From positions 16,308-80,307 of the forward strand of contig JASHON010000083.1 of the NCBI GenBank assembly GCA_030041095.1: a stretch of DNA of 64,000 nucleotides. The letters run 5' to 3'. Below, one piece after another: positions 54,194 through 63,996 of the stretch. Numbering within the stretch: position 1 is the stretch's first letter; every line of letters starts with the position of its first letter. The notes under the pieces were generated by a model that made no database searches, had not been told where the DNA came from, and worked only from the letters and a program-made list of their open reading frames with translations. A program made the position numbers and the translations under genes. This stretch comes from Terriglobia bacterium. Its GTDB lineage: Bacteria > Acidobacteriota > Terriglobia > UBA7540.

Positions 54194-56611
54194 ATGCCGC
54201 TCGAAATCGCGGAGACTGCCGGAACGGTTCAAGGAGCGCTTCAGGAAATCCTTCAGACGAACCGGCACGCGTCAGGCCGCGATGGCGTGACGGCCGTTAA
54301 GATGTGGCCGGCCAAGCTGCCACAGTTTGCGCCGTTTCCTTCAGCTCTCACCGGCGTGCTGAAAGACGCCTTGAAGGCGAGAGGCATCGACCGCCTGTAC
54401 TCTCACCAGGCTGCCGCGTTCGAGCTGGCCAGCCACGGCCGCAACCTGGTTGTCGTCACCCCGACGGCTTCCGGAAAAACCCTCTGTTACAATCTCCCGA
54501 TTCTCAATGCGCTCGTCCAATCACCCGAGGCTCGCGCTCTCTATCTATTTCCCACGAAAGCGCTGGCGCAGGATCAGTTGGCGGAGCTGGACCGATGGAC
54601 CGAAGGATTGGGAGACAGTCTGCGCACTTTCACCTATGACGGCGATACCCCGCAGGATGCGCGCAAAGCCATCCGCGCCCGCGCCAATCTCGTGCTGACC
54701 AACCCGGACATGCTTCACACCGGCATTCTGCCGCACCACACGCGCTGGCAGCGCTTGTTTGAGAATCTGCGCTATGTGGTGATCGATGAGCTGCATTACT
54801 ATCGCGGCGTGCTGGGCAGCCATCTCGCCAATGTCATCCGGAGGCTGCGGCGCGTCGCAAGGTTCTACGGCAGCGAGCCGAAGTTTCTGTGCACGTCGGC
54901 GACCATCGCCAATCCTCAGGAGCTGGCAGCGGCGTTGATCGAAGAGCCGGTGAAGCTGATGGATGAGTGCGGCGCGCCCTCGGCGGAAAAATGCTTTGTC
55001 TTTTATAACCCGCCCGTCGTCAACGAGCAGCTTGGCATCCGGCGGTCTTATCTGAATGAGACGCGCCGCCTGGCAAGGCTTTTTCTGCGCCGCGGCCTGG
55101 GAACCATTGTGTTCGCCAACAGCCGCCTGGCGGCTGAAGTGCTCGTCACTTATCTCAAGCAGGATACCGCCGGCGCGCTGCCGTCTTCGGATGCCGTGCG
55201 CGGATACCGTGGCGGATACTTGCCACTCGAGCGCCGCAAGATCGAGCGTGACTTAAGAGAAGGCCGGTTGAAAGGCGTGGTCGCCACGAATGCGTTGGAG
55301 CTGGGCATCGATATCGGCTCGCTCGATGTTGCGGTGCTCGCGGGTTATCCGGGCACGATTGCTTCCACCTGGCAGCGCGCCGGCCGCGCAGGAAGAAGGC
55401 AGGGAAGCGCCGCCGCAGTTCTTGTGGCCTCGAGCGCTCCGCTCGATCAGTTTATGGTGCAGAATCCGGACTATTTCTTTGCCCGCTCGCCCGAGCACGG
55501 TTACGTGAATCCAGACAACTTGCAGATCCTGCTCAGCCACTTGAAGTGCGCGGCGTTTGAGCTGCCGTTGCGGGAGGACGAAAAGTTCGGCAACGTCGGC
55601 TTGAAGACGCTGTGCGCGTATCTCGAAGAAGGCGGTTTCCTCCATCGTTCGAGCGACGGCTGGCATTGGGTTTCGGAATCGTATCCGGCGGATGCCGTCA
55701 GCCTGCGCTCCGTCTCTTCAGACAACTTTGTGGTGATTGATACAACCGCGGCGCCGCGCGTGATGGGCGAAGTGGATTTCTCGAGCGCGCTGGCTACGGT
55801 TCACGAAGGCGCCATTTACCTTCAGGATGGCGCGCAGTACCACGTTGAGCGGCTGGATTACGACGATCGCAAAGCTTACGTTCACGCCGTTCAGAGCGAA
55901 TATTTTACGGACGCTATCGATTACACCCGCATCACGATCCTGGAAGCCTTTGAGCGCGATGCGCTCGGCCCCGCGATTCGGAGCCACGGCGAGGTGCGGG
56001 TGAATACGCAAGTGGTGGGATTCAAGAAGATCAAGTTTGGAACGATGGAAAACGTCGGCTCCGGCAAGCTTAGCCTGCCGGAGCAGGAGATGCACACCAC
56101 GGCATTCTGGCTGACGTTGCCCCACGCGCTGCTCGAGCAACTTCCTTACACTAACGACGAAAAGCTTAACGGAGTTCATGGGTTAGCCAACGCGATGCGA
56201 GCCATCGCCACGCTCTTGGTGATGACGGACGCGCGGGATTTGGGCGTTGCAACCGGCGAGAATTCGCAGGGCGAACCGCCCGGAGCGCCCCAACCGTCCC
56301 AAGCCCAGTCGAGCCCTTCCGCGTCTCCGGTTACGTCACAAGCCGCGCTGGCTCCGCGCAGTTCGTTGCCCGTCGAATGCTTTGAGCCGAATATCTATCT
56401 TTATGATAAATATCCCGGCGGCATCGGCCTTAGCGAGCCGCTGTTTCGCCTGGGCGAGCCGCTTGTGCGTGATACTCGGACACTCATCGCCGGCTGCGCG
56501 TGCAAATCCGGATGCCCGTCGTGCGTGGGCCCCGAAGGCGAGTGCGGCAGTAAAGGAAAAGAAGTGGCGATGGCAATACTCGAAAGGTTGGTGGGACGAG
56601 CTAGTGATTAG
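54194..56611 (+). CDS. DEAD/DEAH-box helicase with C-terminal DUF1998/MZB domain (YprA/MrfA-like)
   Basis: Motif I TPTASGKT, motif II VIDELH, helicase C domain, and a C-terminal four-Cys cluster CACKSGCPSCVGP. Confidence 0.85.
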   Translation: MPLEIAETAGTVQGALQEILQTNRHASGRDGVTAVKMWPAKLPQFAPFPSALTGVLKDALKARGIDRLYSHQAAAFELASHGRNLVVVTPTASGKTLCYNLPILNALVQSPEARALYLFPTKALAQDQLAELDRWTEGLGDSLRTFTYDGDTPQDARKAIRARANLVLTNPDMLHTGILPHHTRWQRLFENLRYVVIDELHYYRGVLGSHLANVIRRLRRVARFYGSEPKFLCTSATIANPQELAAALIEEPVKLMDECGAPSAEKCFVFYNPPVVNEQLGIRRSYLNETRRLARLFLRRGLGTIVFANSRLAAEVLVTYLKQDTAGALPSSDAVRGYRGGYLPLERRKIERDLREGRLKGVVATNALELGIDIGSLDVAVLAGYPGTIASTWQRAGRAGRRQGSAAAVLVASSAPLDQFMVQNPDYFFARSPEHGYVNPDNLQILLSHLKCAAFELPLREDEKFGNVGLKTLCAYLEEGGFLHRSSDGWHWVSESYPADAVSLRSVSSDNFVVIDTTAAPRVMGEVDFSSALATVHEGAIYLQDGAQYHVERLDYDDRKAYVHAVQSEYFTDAIDYTRITILEAFERDALGPAIRSHGEVRVNTQVVGFKKIKFGTMENVGSGKLSLPEQEMHTTAFWLTLPHALLEQLPYTNDEKLNGVHGLANAMRAIATLLVMTDARDLGVATGENSQGEPPGAPQPSQAQSSPSASPVTSQAALAPRSSLPVECFEPNIYLYDKYPGGIGLSEPLFRLGEPLVRDTRTLIAGCACKSGCPSCVGPEGECGSKGKEVAMAILERLVGRASD

Positions 56612-56680
56612 CGATCAGCAATCAGCAGTCAGCTATCAGTCGTCAGCTACCAGCGATCAGCGGCCAGCTATCAGCTTCAG
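56604..56680. repeat. heptanucleotide repeat tract, left arm (about 11 x GNNRTCA)
   Basis: gtgatta gcgatca gcaatca gcagtca gctatca gtcgtca gctacca gcgatca gcggcca gctatca gcttcag. The helicase stop codon lies in the first unit. Confidence 0.85.
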
Positions 56681-56807
56681 GTTACGGGCTTGCGGCTTTC
56701 AGGGGCGGGCTCTCAGCGTCAAGTCCTCAGCTTTGCCCGGGAAAATTCAGCGACCAGCGGCGAGACGAGTAGCGCAACGCGGCCGCTGAACGCTGAGGGC
56801 TTTTAGC

Positions 56808-56961
56808 TGATCACTGACATCTGACTGCTGATAGCTAATCAGTGACACCCGATTGCTGATATCTGATTGCTGACACCTGATGGCTGATAGCTGATGGCTG
56901 ACATCTGATTGCTGACATCTGATTGCTGACATCTGATTGCTGATCGCTGACGGCTGATAGC
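56808..56961. repeat. heptanucleotide repeat tract, right arm (22 x TGAYNNC; reverse complement of the left-arm unit)
   Basis: Strict 7-nt register from 56808 to 56961, including three perfect tandem copies of the 14-mer TGACATCTGATTGC at 56899-56940. Confidence 0.85.
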
Positions 56962-56996
56962 TAACTTCTAGCTACTGTCCACCGACGCTTTTCCCC

Positions 56997-58475
56997 ATGA
57001 CTCTCGAAGAAAAACTCCGGCAACTGAAGCTCGCAGCAAAGAAGCGGCGTGAAGATGAAAGCCTGGAGCGCCAGCTCGAGTTTCTGCGGAGAATGGATCA
57101 GGCGCCCAACCGTTTTCTCGAGCCTCGCGCTGCCAAAAGCATCGAGGAATTTGTGCAAGGGCGAGTGGAACGGCGCGAGAGCGGCGAATATTTCGTCGCG
57201 GAGCAGCTTCTTCCCCTCGGCCGGCCGTATGGCAAATTGCGTGTGGGTGATATTGCCACGTCGGACCTGTGTCCGCTGAATCTTTTTATTCCGGGCAAGC
57301 TTCTGCCCAGCCCCGAGCGCCTGGTTTTCCTCGACACTGAAACGACGGGTCTTGCGGGCGGCACGGGCACCTGCGCGTTCCTGATCGGTCTTGGAACGCT
57401 GCAGGGAACGAGTTTTGCGGTGCGGCAGTTGTTCTTGCGAGACTACGTTGAGGAGAAAGCTGCGCTCGAAGCGCTCGCGGAAGCGCTTGAAGGGTGCGAC
57501 GGCCTGGTGACGTTTAATGGAAAGACGTTCGATGTGCCACTGCTCGAGACCCGGTACACTTTGTCGCGGCTTCCTTCACCCTTCACGCGGCTTCTGCATC
57601 TTGATATGCTCCATCCGGCGAGAAAGCTGTGGAAACTGCGCCTGGAGAGCTGCAAGCTCACTCATCTCGAGCGCCAGGTACTCGGCATCGAGCGGGAAGG
57701 CGACGTGCCAGGCTCAGACATACCCGGCATCTATTTCGATTATCTGCGCACGGGAGATGCGCGCGGCCTTCAGCCCGTGTTTTATCACAACGCGCTCGAC
57801 ATTATCACCCTGGCGGCGCTGGCCGTAGAGATGGCGAATTTCATCGGTGGAGCTGTTGCAACCGCAAGCGCGCCCGAACCATTCAGCCACGCCTCAGCCG
57901 TCGCAGGAGCGCGCGCAGCGCGCGCCGGAGCCCGTGGAAGTTCGTTCGCTCCGTTGGAAAGAAGCAGGCTCGCAGCCGATCTCACCGATAGCTATGTCCT
58001 CGCCGGCTTACAAGACGGAGGGAACCGCCGCGCGATGCGCGCGGGTCTGGATCTTTTCAGCCTCAGCCGCGTTTTTGCCGAGGCCGGAGCGAGCGAGCTA
58101 TCGATTTCAGCAGGAGAACAGGCGCTCGCCAGCGGTTTACCGGAAGCGGCCGAGCCGGGCGTGTTGTGGCATTTGGCGGCTCAGCGCAAACGCCGGGGTG
58201 AATTTGGGATGGCCACCGGCATCTGGCTGCAGCTCTCCGAGCCCGGTGCTCCTTATGCGCTTCAGTCGCTCCGCGAGCTTGCCATCCAATACGAGCATCG
58301 CGAACGCAACCTGAAAGCGGCGCTCAAATGCACAGACGCGGCTCTGGCGTTCCTTGAGCAAACCTGCCAGACAGAGCGGCGGAGTGCGGCTGGTTCAACC
58401 ATCGAAGACTTCAGCCACCGCAGGGAAAGGCTTTGCCGCAGGTTGGCCGCCATGCCGCCATCGCCCACGCCGTGA
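56997..58475 (+). CDS. RNase H-like (DEDD) exonuclease domain protein (YprB/MrfB-like)
   Basis: LVFLDTETTGL exonuclease motif I, FNGKTFDVPLL, YHNALDI, and a helical repeat C-terminus. Confidence 0.75.
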   Translation: MTLEEKLRQLKLAAKKRREDESLERQLEFLRRMDQAPNRFLEPRAAKSIEEFVQGRVERRESGEYFVAEQLLPLGRPYGKLRVGDIATSDLCPLNLFIPGKLLPSPERLVFLDTETTGLAGGTGTCAFLIGLGTLQGTSFAVRQLFLRDYVEEKAALEALAEALEGCDGLVTFNGKTFDVPLLETRYTLSRLPSPFTRLLHLDMLHPARKLWKLRLESCKLTHLERQVLGIEREGDVPGSDIPGIYFDYLRTGDARGLQPVFYHNALDIITLAALAVEMANFIGGAVATASAPEPFSHASAVAGARAARAGARGSSFAPLERSRLAADLTDSYVLAGLQDGGNRRAMRAGLDLFSLSRVFAEAGASELSISAGEQALASGLPEAAEPGVLWHLAAQRKRRGEFGMATGIWLQLSEPGAPYALQSLRELAIQYEHRERNLKAALKCTDAALAFLEQTCQTERRSAAGSTIEDFSHRRERLCRRLAAMPPSPTP

Positions 58476-58511
58476 ATTCCGCCACCCATGCCCACCCGCC
58501 TGGGCGGCTTT

Positions 58512-58985
58512 TGCGGCTCCGCCGCCTGACGTGCGGAAAGGCTTTGCCTTTCCGGACGCCACCCCCTCCGATACTTGATTCTTTCTCCCTACCTTTCACC
58601 CGCCGTTTCCCAAGCGCGGGCAGCCGCCTCGGCGCTCTTGTATCAGGGCATGACTTCAGTCATGCCGACCCAGGTCCCTCGATGGCCGGGCTTTAGCCCC
58701 TGCCGCTTTTCGCTTTGCCAAGTAGCTGAAGCCGTACGGATGAGCAGGGGCTAAAGCCCTCTTTCCTTCCTCATCTTTACGGCACGACTAAAGTCATGCC
58801 CTGATACGAGGCGGCTTCGATCAATCCCAAAATGTAGAAACTCGCCGCCGCCGCGAATGGTGCGCCGGCATCTTGCCGGCCTCCGTTGAATTGAAGCGAG
58901 TTGCCGGCTGGAAGCCGGCGCTATGGCAGCTCCCGAAAGGCTTTTTCCGCAGCCTGTTTAGCCCCTGCGGCTTTTCGCTTTGTCA
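58512..58985. repeat. second cluster of REP-like elements (C, B/B inverted pair) with nested MITE A copy 4
   Basis: Family C at 58512-58554, family B at 58640-58701, and inverted B at 58746-58807. A 5'-truncated family A copy lies at 58838-58956 and is followed by the 3' part of a B element (58957-58985). Confidence 0.8.
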
Positions 58986-59087
58986 GATATTTAGACTAGT
59001 TCTCTAACTCGCAAAGGCTTGTAAGATGAAGACAGATTGACCTACCGATGCCGGAGCAGTACGATAGTTTATCAGAAGTAGGATCGA

Positions 59088-59324
59088 ATGGATAACGAGA
59101 CGAGCGTGGTCACAACGAAAGGACAGCTAGTCATTCCAGTCCGCCTCCGCCGGCGCCTGGGAATCAGGAAAGGCACAGTTGTATCGCTCTCTGAAGAGGG
59201 CGGGCGGATCATCATGCAGCCGGTCACTCCCGAGTATATTCGCGGCTTGCGTGGATCGCTGAAGAAGGAGCCATCCGCCCTGGAATTCCTTCTTACGGAG
59301 CGCAAGCGTGATCGGCGGCTCTAG
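59088..59324 (+). CDS. vapB: AbrB/SpoVT-type antitoxin (VapB)
   Basis: VVTTKGQLVIPVRLRRRLGIRKGT swapped-hairpin motif. Confidence 0.75.
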   Translation: MDNETSVVTTKGQLVIPVRLRRRLGIRKGTVVSLSEEGGRIIMQPVTPEYIRGLRGSLKKEPSALEFLLTERKRDRRL

Positions 59325-59404
59325 CCTGATTCCTGGGTGGAACCCTCGACCGGGCGTGAATTGTCCGGCACTGGGTCGGATGCATTTCTTGGACGGTGCC
59401 GGGA

Positions 59405-59803
59405 ATGAAGAATTTCGTGTTGGACGCCTCCGCATTGATGACCTTCTTTGAGGACCGCTCGGGGGCGGAAAAGGTCGAAGCGTTGTTGGCGGAGGCGGCA
59501 GAGGGAAAAGGGCGGTTGATGATGTCGGTAGTCAACTGGGGAGAGGTTTTTTACTCAGTCTGGCGGGCACACGGCGAAGCGGCGGCAGAAGCAAAAATTC
59601 GCGAAATCGGTCAACTGCCCATCGAGCTTATGGCTGTTGACCTGGGTCTTGCCAAAGCGTCGGCTGGCCTCAAAGCAGGGCACGGACTTCCTTATGCGGA
59701 TTGCTTTGCAGCCGCTCTCGCCCAGGCCAGAGAGGCGACGCTTGTAACCAGCGATAGGGATTTTGCGCGCGCAAAGTCTCTCGTCAAAATAGTGTGGGTT
59801 TGA
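59405..59803 (+). CDS. vapC: PIN-domain toxin VapC
   Basis: MKNFVLDASALM N-terminal acidic motif and C-terminal TSDRDF. Start moved to ATG 59405. Confidence 0.85.
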   Translation: MKNFVLDASALMTFFEDRSGAEKVEALLAEAAEGKGRLMMSVVNWGEVFYSVWRAHGEAAAEAKIREIGQLPIELMAVDLGLAKASAGLKAGHGLPYADCFAAALAQAREATLVTSDRDFARAKSLVKIVWV

Positions 59804-60048
59804 AGGACGGCAGCGGGTGGTGGAAAAGGAGGATGGATGATCACCGTCAGATGACGAACCATCCCTGAGCGCCTCCCGTGATTCCGCCTGAAAGTTCCGC
59901 TGAAATCGGCAATGGCGATGCAACACCGGTTGCTGCGGGTCACCCTCTTTCAAACTCGTGACAGGATATGCCAACAGAGCCCTCCGGCGGCCAGCAGGCC
60001 CCCCGTTGACTTACTATAATCAAAAGATAGAGCCGGAGCTGGAGGAAC

Positions 60049-61266
60049 ATGTTAGGAGACCGGGTTTGTTCCAAGTGCGGGCAGTTGATTCCGCGCGGGA
60101 CCGCTGAGTGCCCCATCTGCAGCCCGCCGCGGGCGTTCCAGGTTCGCCGGGAAATCATGCTCCTGGTCTATCTTGGGCTCCTGATCGTACTTGGCACCAT
60201 CACCGGCTTCGCCGTCAAGGCTTTCAACCGGGTGGATAAGCGGATCGGATGGAGTTGGTATACGCAGGGTGAGGCAAGCCTGCAGCGCGGAGACGCCGCT
60301 GCGGCCGTGCTCGACTATCGAAATGCGCTTTACCACGATCGTTCAAACCCCTCTTACGAGCTTCAATTAGCGCATGCGCTCGTCGCTTCCGGGCACTTTG
60401 ACGAGGCCCGCACTTACCTGACGCGGCTTTGGGCAACCGATCCCGCGAACGGACCGGTGAACCTGGAGCTCGCCCAGCTCGAGATGCGGAGCAAGAACGT
60501 TCCGGGAGTGATCAATTACTACCATGCAGCCATCGACGGCGTCTGGCCGCACATGGTGGCGCAGGGCCGCCTGCAATTGCGCGAGCGTTTGTGCAACTAT
60601 CTCATCGCTCAAGGTCTCCGGCCTGAGGCGCTGGCGGAATTGATGGCGCTCGCGGCGCAAACTCCGAACGATGCTCAAATCCAGGCGCAAGTGGCGGGCC
60701 TGTTTTCGCGCGTGGGAGACTATGACTCAGCGCTGAAGCAATATCAGGAATCGCTGCGGCTGAATTCCAGGTTGGCGAGTGCGTGGGCGGGAGCGGGCAA
60801 AGCCGCATTCGAGCTGGGTGATTACGAAGCCGCACGCCACTATTTGAATCGCGCGGTCGCGAGAAATCCGCACGACCGCGAAAGCGCGAAGTTGCTGGAA
60901 GTGGCAAGCGATGTGATTGGGCTCGATCCTTTCGACCGCCGCGTGCCTTTCCAAACCAGAAGGAAACGGGCCATCTTCGACTTCAATCACGCGGTGAGCG
61001 GCCTCGTGGATTGCGCCAAGACGAAGGGCCAGCAGCTTGGCGCGCCCGCTCCGCAGACGGATCTTCAAACGGCCTACGCGCAGGCCGTGAAGATGAAGCG
61101 GCAGATGCGGTTGAGTGCGTTCCGCCGAAATCCGGACCTGATGGAAGGCGGGATGAAGCTGGCCTTCCAAATCGAGCAGCTTACGGCGAAGGAATGCGGG
61201 CCTCCCCAGGCAATCGGCCAGGCTCTGCTGCTCATCGCAAACCAGAATAAAGGCATCGGCCAGTAA
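60049..61266 (+). CDS. TPR-repeat protein with N-terminal zinc ribbon and one TM
   Basis: CSKCGQ...CPIC, followed by a hydrophobic helix and several TPR-like units (ALKQYQESLRLNSRLASAWAGAGKA...). Confidence 0.7.
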   Translation: MLGDRVCSKCGQLIPRGTAECPICSPPRAFQVRREIMLLVYLGLLIVLGTITGFAVKAFNRVDKRIGWSWYTQGEASLQRGDAAAAVLDYRNALYHDRSNPSYELQLAHALVASGHFDEARTYLTRLWATDPANGPVNLELAQLEMRSKNVPGVINYYHAAIDGVWPHMVAQGRLQLRERLCNYLIAQGLRPEALAELMALAAQTPNDAQIQAQVAGLFSRVGDYDSALKQYQESLRLNSRLASAWAGAGKAAFELGDYEAARHYLNRAVARNPHDRESAKLLEVASDVIGLDPFDRRVPFQTRRKRAIFDFNHAVSGLVDCAKTKGQQLGAPAPQTDLQTAYAQAVKMKRQMRLSAFRRNPDLMEGGMKLAFQIEQLTAKECGPPQAIGQALLLIANQNKGIGQ

Positions 61267-61290
61267 CACCAGCACAGCCTCACAAGCTCC

Positions 61291-63123
61291 ATGGAAAACT
61301 CCGGCAATCCAAACCCAGCGCCTCCGAGCGAAGTTATCTCTCATCAGCCAGGCGTCGCGCAAAGGACCAGGCCTTCTCTCGAACAGCTCGGCGGCCAGGC
61401 AGCGGATTACCTGCGCCGCCTTGGCAACGGCATCGTGGGCGGGCTGACGTTGCGGGAAGGCCCGCTGTTTCTCCTCTTGTCCGTGATTATCGGATTGACG
61501 TCTGGTTTTCTCGTGGTTTGCTTCCACGAATCCATCCAATGGATCCATCTCGTCATGTTCGGGTCATCGTTGCGGCCGCCGATATGGCGGCTCCTCCTGT
61601 TTCCGACGGTGTCGGGTCTTGCGATTGCCGCAGCCGTGATACTCGTCTTCAACGAAGTTCGCGGAAGCGGAGTGAACCAGACGAAGGCAGCGGTTTACAT
61701 TTACGATGGATATATTTCTTTCAGGACGGTCGTCGGCAAATTCTTGCTGTGCGCTTTGGCATTGGGCAGCGGGCAATCGCTGGGTCCTGAAGACCCGTCA
61801 CTGCAGATTGGAGCCGGCGTCGCTTCAGTTCTGGGACGTTATCTGCACCTTTCGCGGGAAAAGATTCGTATGTTGGCGCCGGTTGGCGCCGCCGCCGGCC
61901 TGGCCGCGGCTTTTAACGCTCCCATTTCCGCCAGCATTTTCGTGCTGGAAGAAGTTGTGGGTCAGTGGAACGCGGGCGTGCTGGGCGCCATCCTGCTGGG
62001 CGCGGTTTCCGGCGCGGTTGTTCTTCGCACTTTCCTGGGGTCGGAGCCGTTTTTCCGCTTTCCGGTCGTTTACAGCGTTCATCCTGTCGAATTCCTTGCC
62101 TATGGCGTGCTGGGCGTTGTGGGCGGCTTTGCCGGCGTCATTTTCATCAGATTGATCGAGTTTTTGCGGCCTCGCTTGAAGGCGCTTCCCAAGCGAACGC
62201 AGTATTTTCAGCCCGCCGTCGCTGGGCTGATGGTGGGCGTAATCGCATTGGGCTTTCCCCAGGTGATGGGCGCCGGCTATTACTTTATCGATCAGGCGAC
62301 GCACAACCAATACGTTTGGAAAACGCTGGCGTTCCTGGCGCTCTTTAAGATCGTTGCCACCCTGGTTTCCTACGTGAGCGGCACGCCCGGCGGCATGTTC
62401 GCGCCCGCGCTGTTTATTGGAGCCATGCTCGGCGGAGCCGTCGGAGGAATCGAACATTGGTTGTTCCCCGCGCATACGGGCCCCGTCGGCATCTACGCCC
62501 TGGTGGGCATGGGAACGATGTTTGCCGCTTTCCTGCGCGTGCCTTTGACTTCGGTCTTCATGGTGCTCGAGCTCAGCGGGAACTATGCCATCATTCTGCC
62601 TCTGATCGTTGCCAATACGCTCGCCTACTTGATCTCAAGAAAGTACCATTCCGTCCCTCTCTTTGACCTGCTCAGCCGCCAGGACGGCATCGAGCTGCCG
62701 TCGATTGAGGAACAGCGTGAAGAGCCCGAGCTTCGCGTTGAAGATGCCATGCGCCGCCCGGATTTTCCGGTTCTGACGGGCGGCGAAACGGTGCGTGAAG
62801 CTCTGCAAGACGTGATGCAGACGGATCGTCCGCATTTTCTGGTGAATCTCGGCAACGGCGTGTGGGCTCTGGCGGACCGGAACAAACTTCAAGAGCAGGC
62901 GGCCACCAACGGCGAATTGGCCTTGAAAGCTGTCTTCCGGGAGGTGCCGCTCCCGTGGGTGCACCCGGATCAGCGTCTGGATGCGGCGTTGCGCCTGATT
63001 GGAAATCGTCCCTTGCTGCCGGTCCTCAGCCGTAGCAATCTGAATAGGATTGAAGGCATTGTTTCGCTCGACGACATTCTCAAGGCTTATGGCGAGTCCG
63101 GACATGGCTCCAACCGTTCTTAG
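61291..63123 (+). CDS. ClC-family chloride channel/antiporter with C-terminal CBS pair
   Basis: GSGQSLGPEDP and GTPGGMFAP selectivity-filter motifs, multiple TM helices, and a CBS region at the C-terminus. Confidence 0.9.
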   Translation: MENSGNPNPAPPSEVISHQPGVAQRTRPSLEQLGGQAADYLRRLGNGIVGGLTLREGPLFLLLSVIIGLTSGFLVVCFHESIQWIHLVMFGSSLRPPIWRLLLFPTVSGLAIAAAVILVFNEVRGSGVNQTKAAVYIYDGYISFRTVVGKFLLCALALGSGQSLGPEDPSLQIGAGVASVLGRYLHLSREKIRMLAPVGAAAGLAAAFNAPISASIFVLEEVVGQWNAGVLGAILLGAVSGAVVLRTFLGSEPFFRFPVVYSVHPVEFLAYGVLGVVGGFAGVIFIRLIEFLRPRLKALPKRTQYFQPAVAGLMVGVIALGFPQVMGAGYYFIDQATHNQYVWKTLAFLALFKIVATLVSYVSGTPGGMFAPALFIGAMLGGAVGGIEHWLFPAHTGPVGIYALVGMGTMFAAFLRVPLTSVFMVLELSGNYAIILPLIVANTLAYLISRKYHSVPLFDLLSRQDGIELPSIEEQREEPELRVEDAMRRPDFPVLTGGETVREALQDVMQTDRPHFLVNLGNGVWALADRNKLQEQAATNGELALKAVFREVPLPWVHPDQRLDAALRLIGNRPLLPVLSRSNLNRIEGIVSLDDILKAYGESGHGSNRS

Positions 63124-63135
63124 CACGGTACCCGC

Positions 63136-63996
63136 ATGACGCACCGATCTCCGTCCAGTTTCCCGGTCTCCCGCACGATCGCCAGCTCCTCGAACTCATT
63201 GCTGAAAGTTTTCCGCCGGGCGCTGAAGGAAGGTATTACGCGCGAGGGCTGGTTGGCTCTGGAAGGCGCCACGCTGGTGGAAGAAGCGTTGCGCTCGGGT
63301 GAGCTCTCGCCGGCCGCCGGCGTCCTGCGATCCAGGTGCAGCATCCGGTGCGTCCTGCTTGCGGAAGGGCACGCTCCGGGCTTTTCCTCCTTGCTCGCTC
63401 GTCTTTCGCCGGAAGTCGAGGTCGCGCAGGCTTCCGACCGTGCATTCCAAAGCGTGGCGCAGACGGTCACGCCGCAAGGGATTGCGGCCCTGGTGGAAAT
63501 TCAGCGGCCTGAGCTGAGCGCGCTGCTCCGCGCCGCCGGCGTCATTTTGGTGGTGGCTTGCGGCGTTCAGGACCCCGGAAATCTTGGAACCATTCTGCGA
63601 ACTGCGGAGGCTTTCGGCGCACACGGCTTGCTGGCGCTGAAATCCACCGTGAATGTGTTGAATCCCAAAGTGGTTCGGGCATCGGCGGGCAGCGTGTTCA
63701 GGCTGCCTGTTTATTCCGGGCTCGACGGTGATTCGGTGTTCCAGCAATTGCGCCAGGCTCGCATTCGCATGGTGGCTGCGGACGCGCGAAGCCGGACTTC
63801 GATTGCGAATTGCAATTTGCGCGGCTCGGCTGCCATTCTGATTGGGAACGAAGCTGCAGGCTTGAACGAAGAATGGGCTCGCTGGGCGGACGAGCGACTG
63901 AGGATTCCTCTCGAGCCTCCGGTCGATTCGCTGAATGCCGCCGTTTCCGCGGCGATTTTCCTGTACGAAGCCGCGCGGCAACGCAGGAGAAATTGA
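63136..63996 (+). CDS. SpoU/TrmH family RNA 2'-O-methyltransferase
   Basis: DPGNLGTILRTAEAFG, LIGNEAAGL and SLNAAVSAAIFLYE motifs of the SPOUT class. Confidence 0.85.
   Translation: MTHRSPSSFPVSRTIASSSNSLLKVFRRALKEGITREGWLALEGATLVEEALRSGELSPAAGVLRSRCSIRCVLLAEGHAPGFSSLLARLSPEVEVAQASDRAFQSVAQTVTPQGIAALVEIQRPELSALLRAAGVILVVACGVQDPGNLGTILRTAEAFGAHGLLALKSTVNVLNPKVVRASAGSVFRLPVYSGLDGDSVFQQLRQARIRMVAADARSRTSIANCNLRGSAAILIGNEAAGLNEEWARWADERLRIPLEPPVDSLNAAVSAAIFLYEAARQRRRN

Noticed and set aside
56247-56932. ORFs 56247-56789 (+) and 56747-56932 (-), which encode SDQQSAVSYQ / SAIRCQQSD-type low-complexity peptides.
   Set aside because: These frames are generated by the heptanucleotide repeat tracts. 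The 7-nt period is not a multiple of three, so the frame rotates and no stable peptide repeat is encoded. I treated the tracts as DNA/RNA-level repeats.
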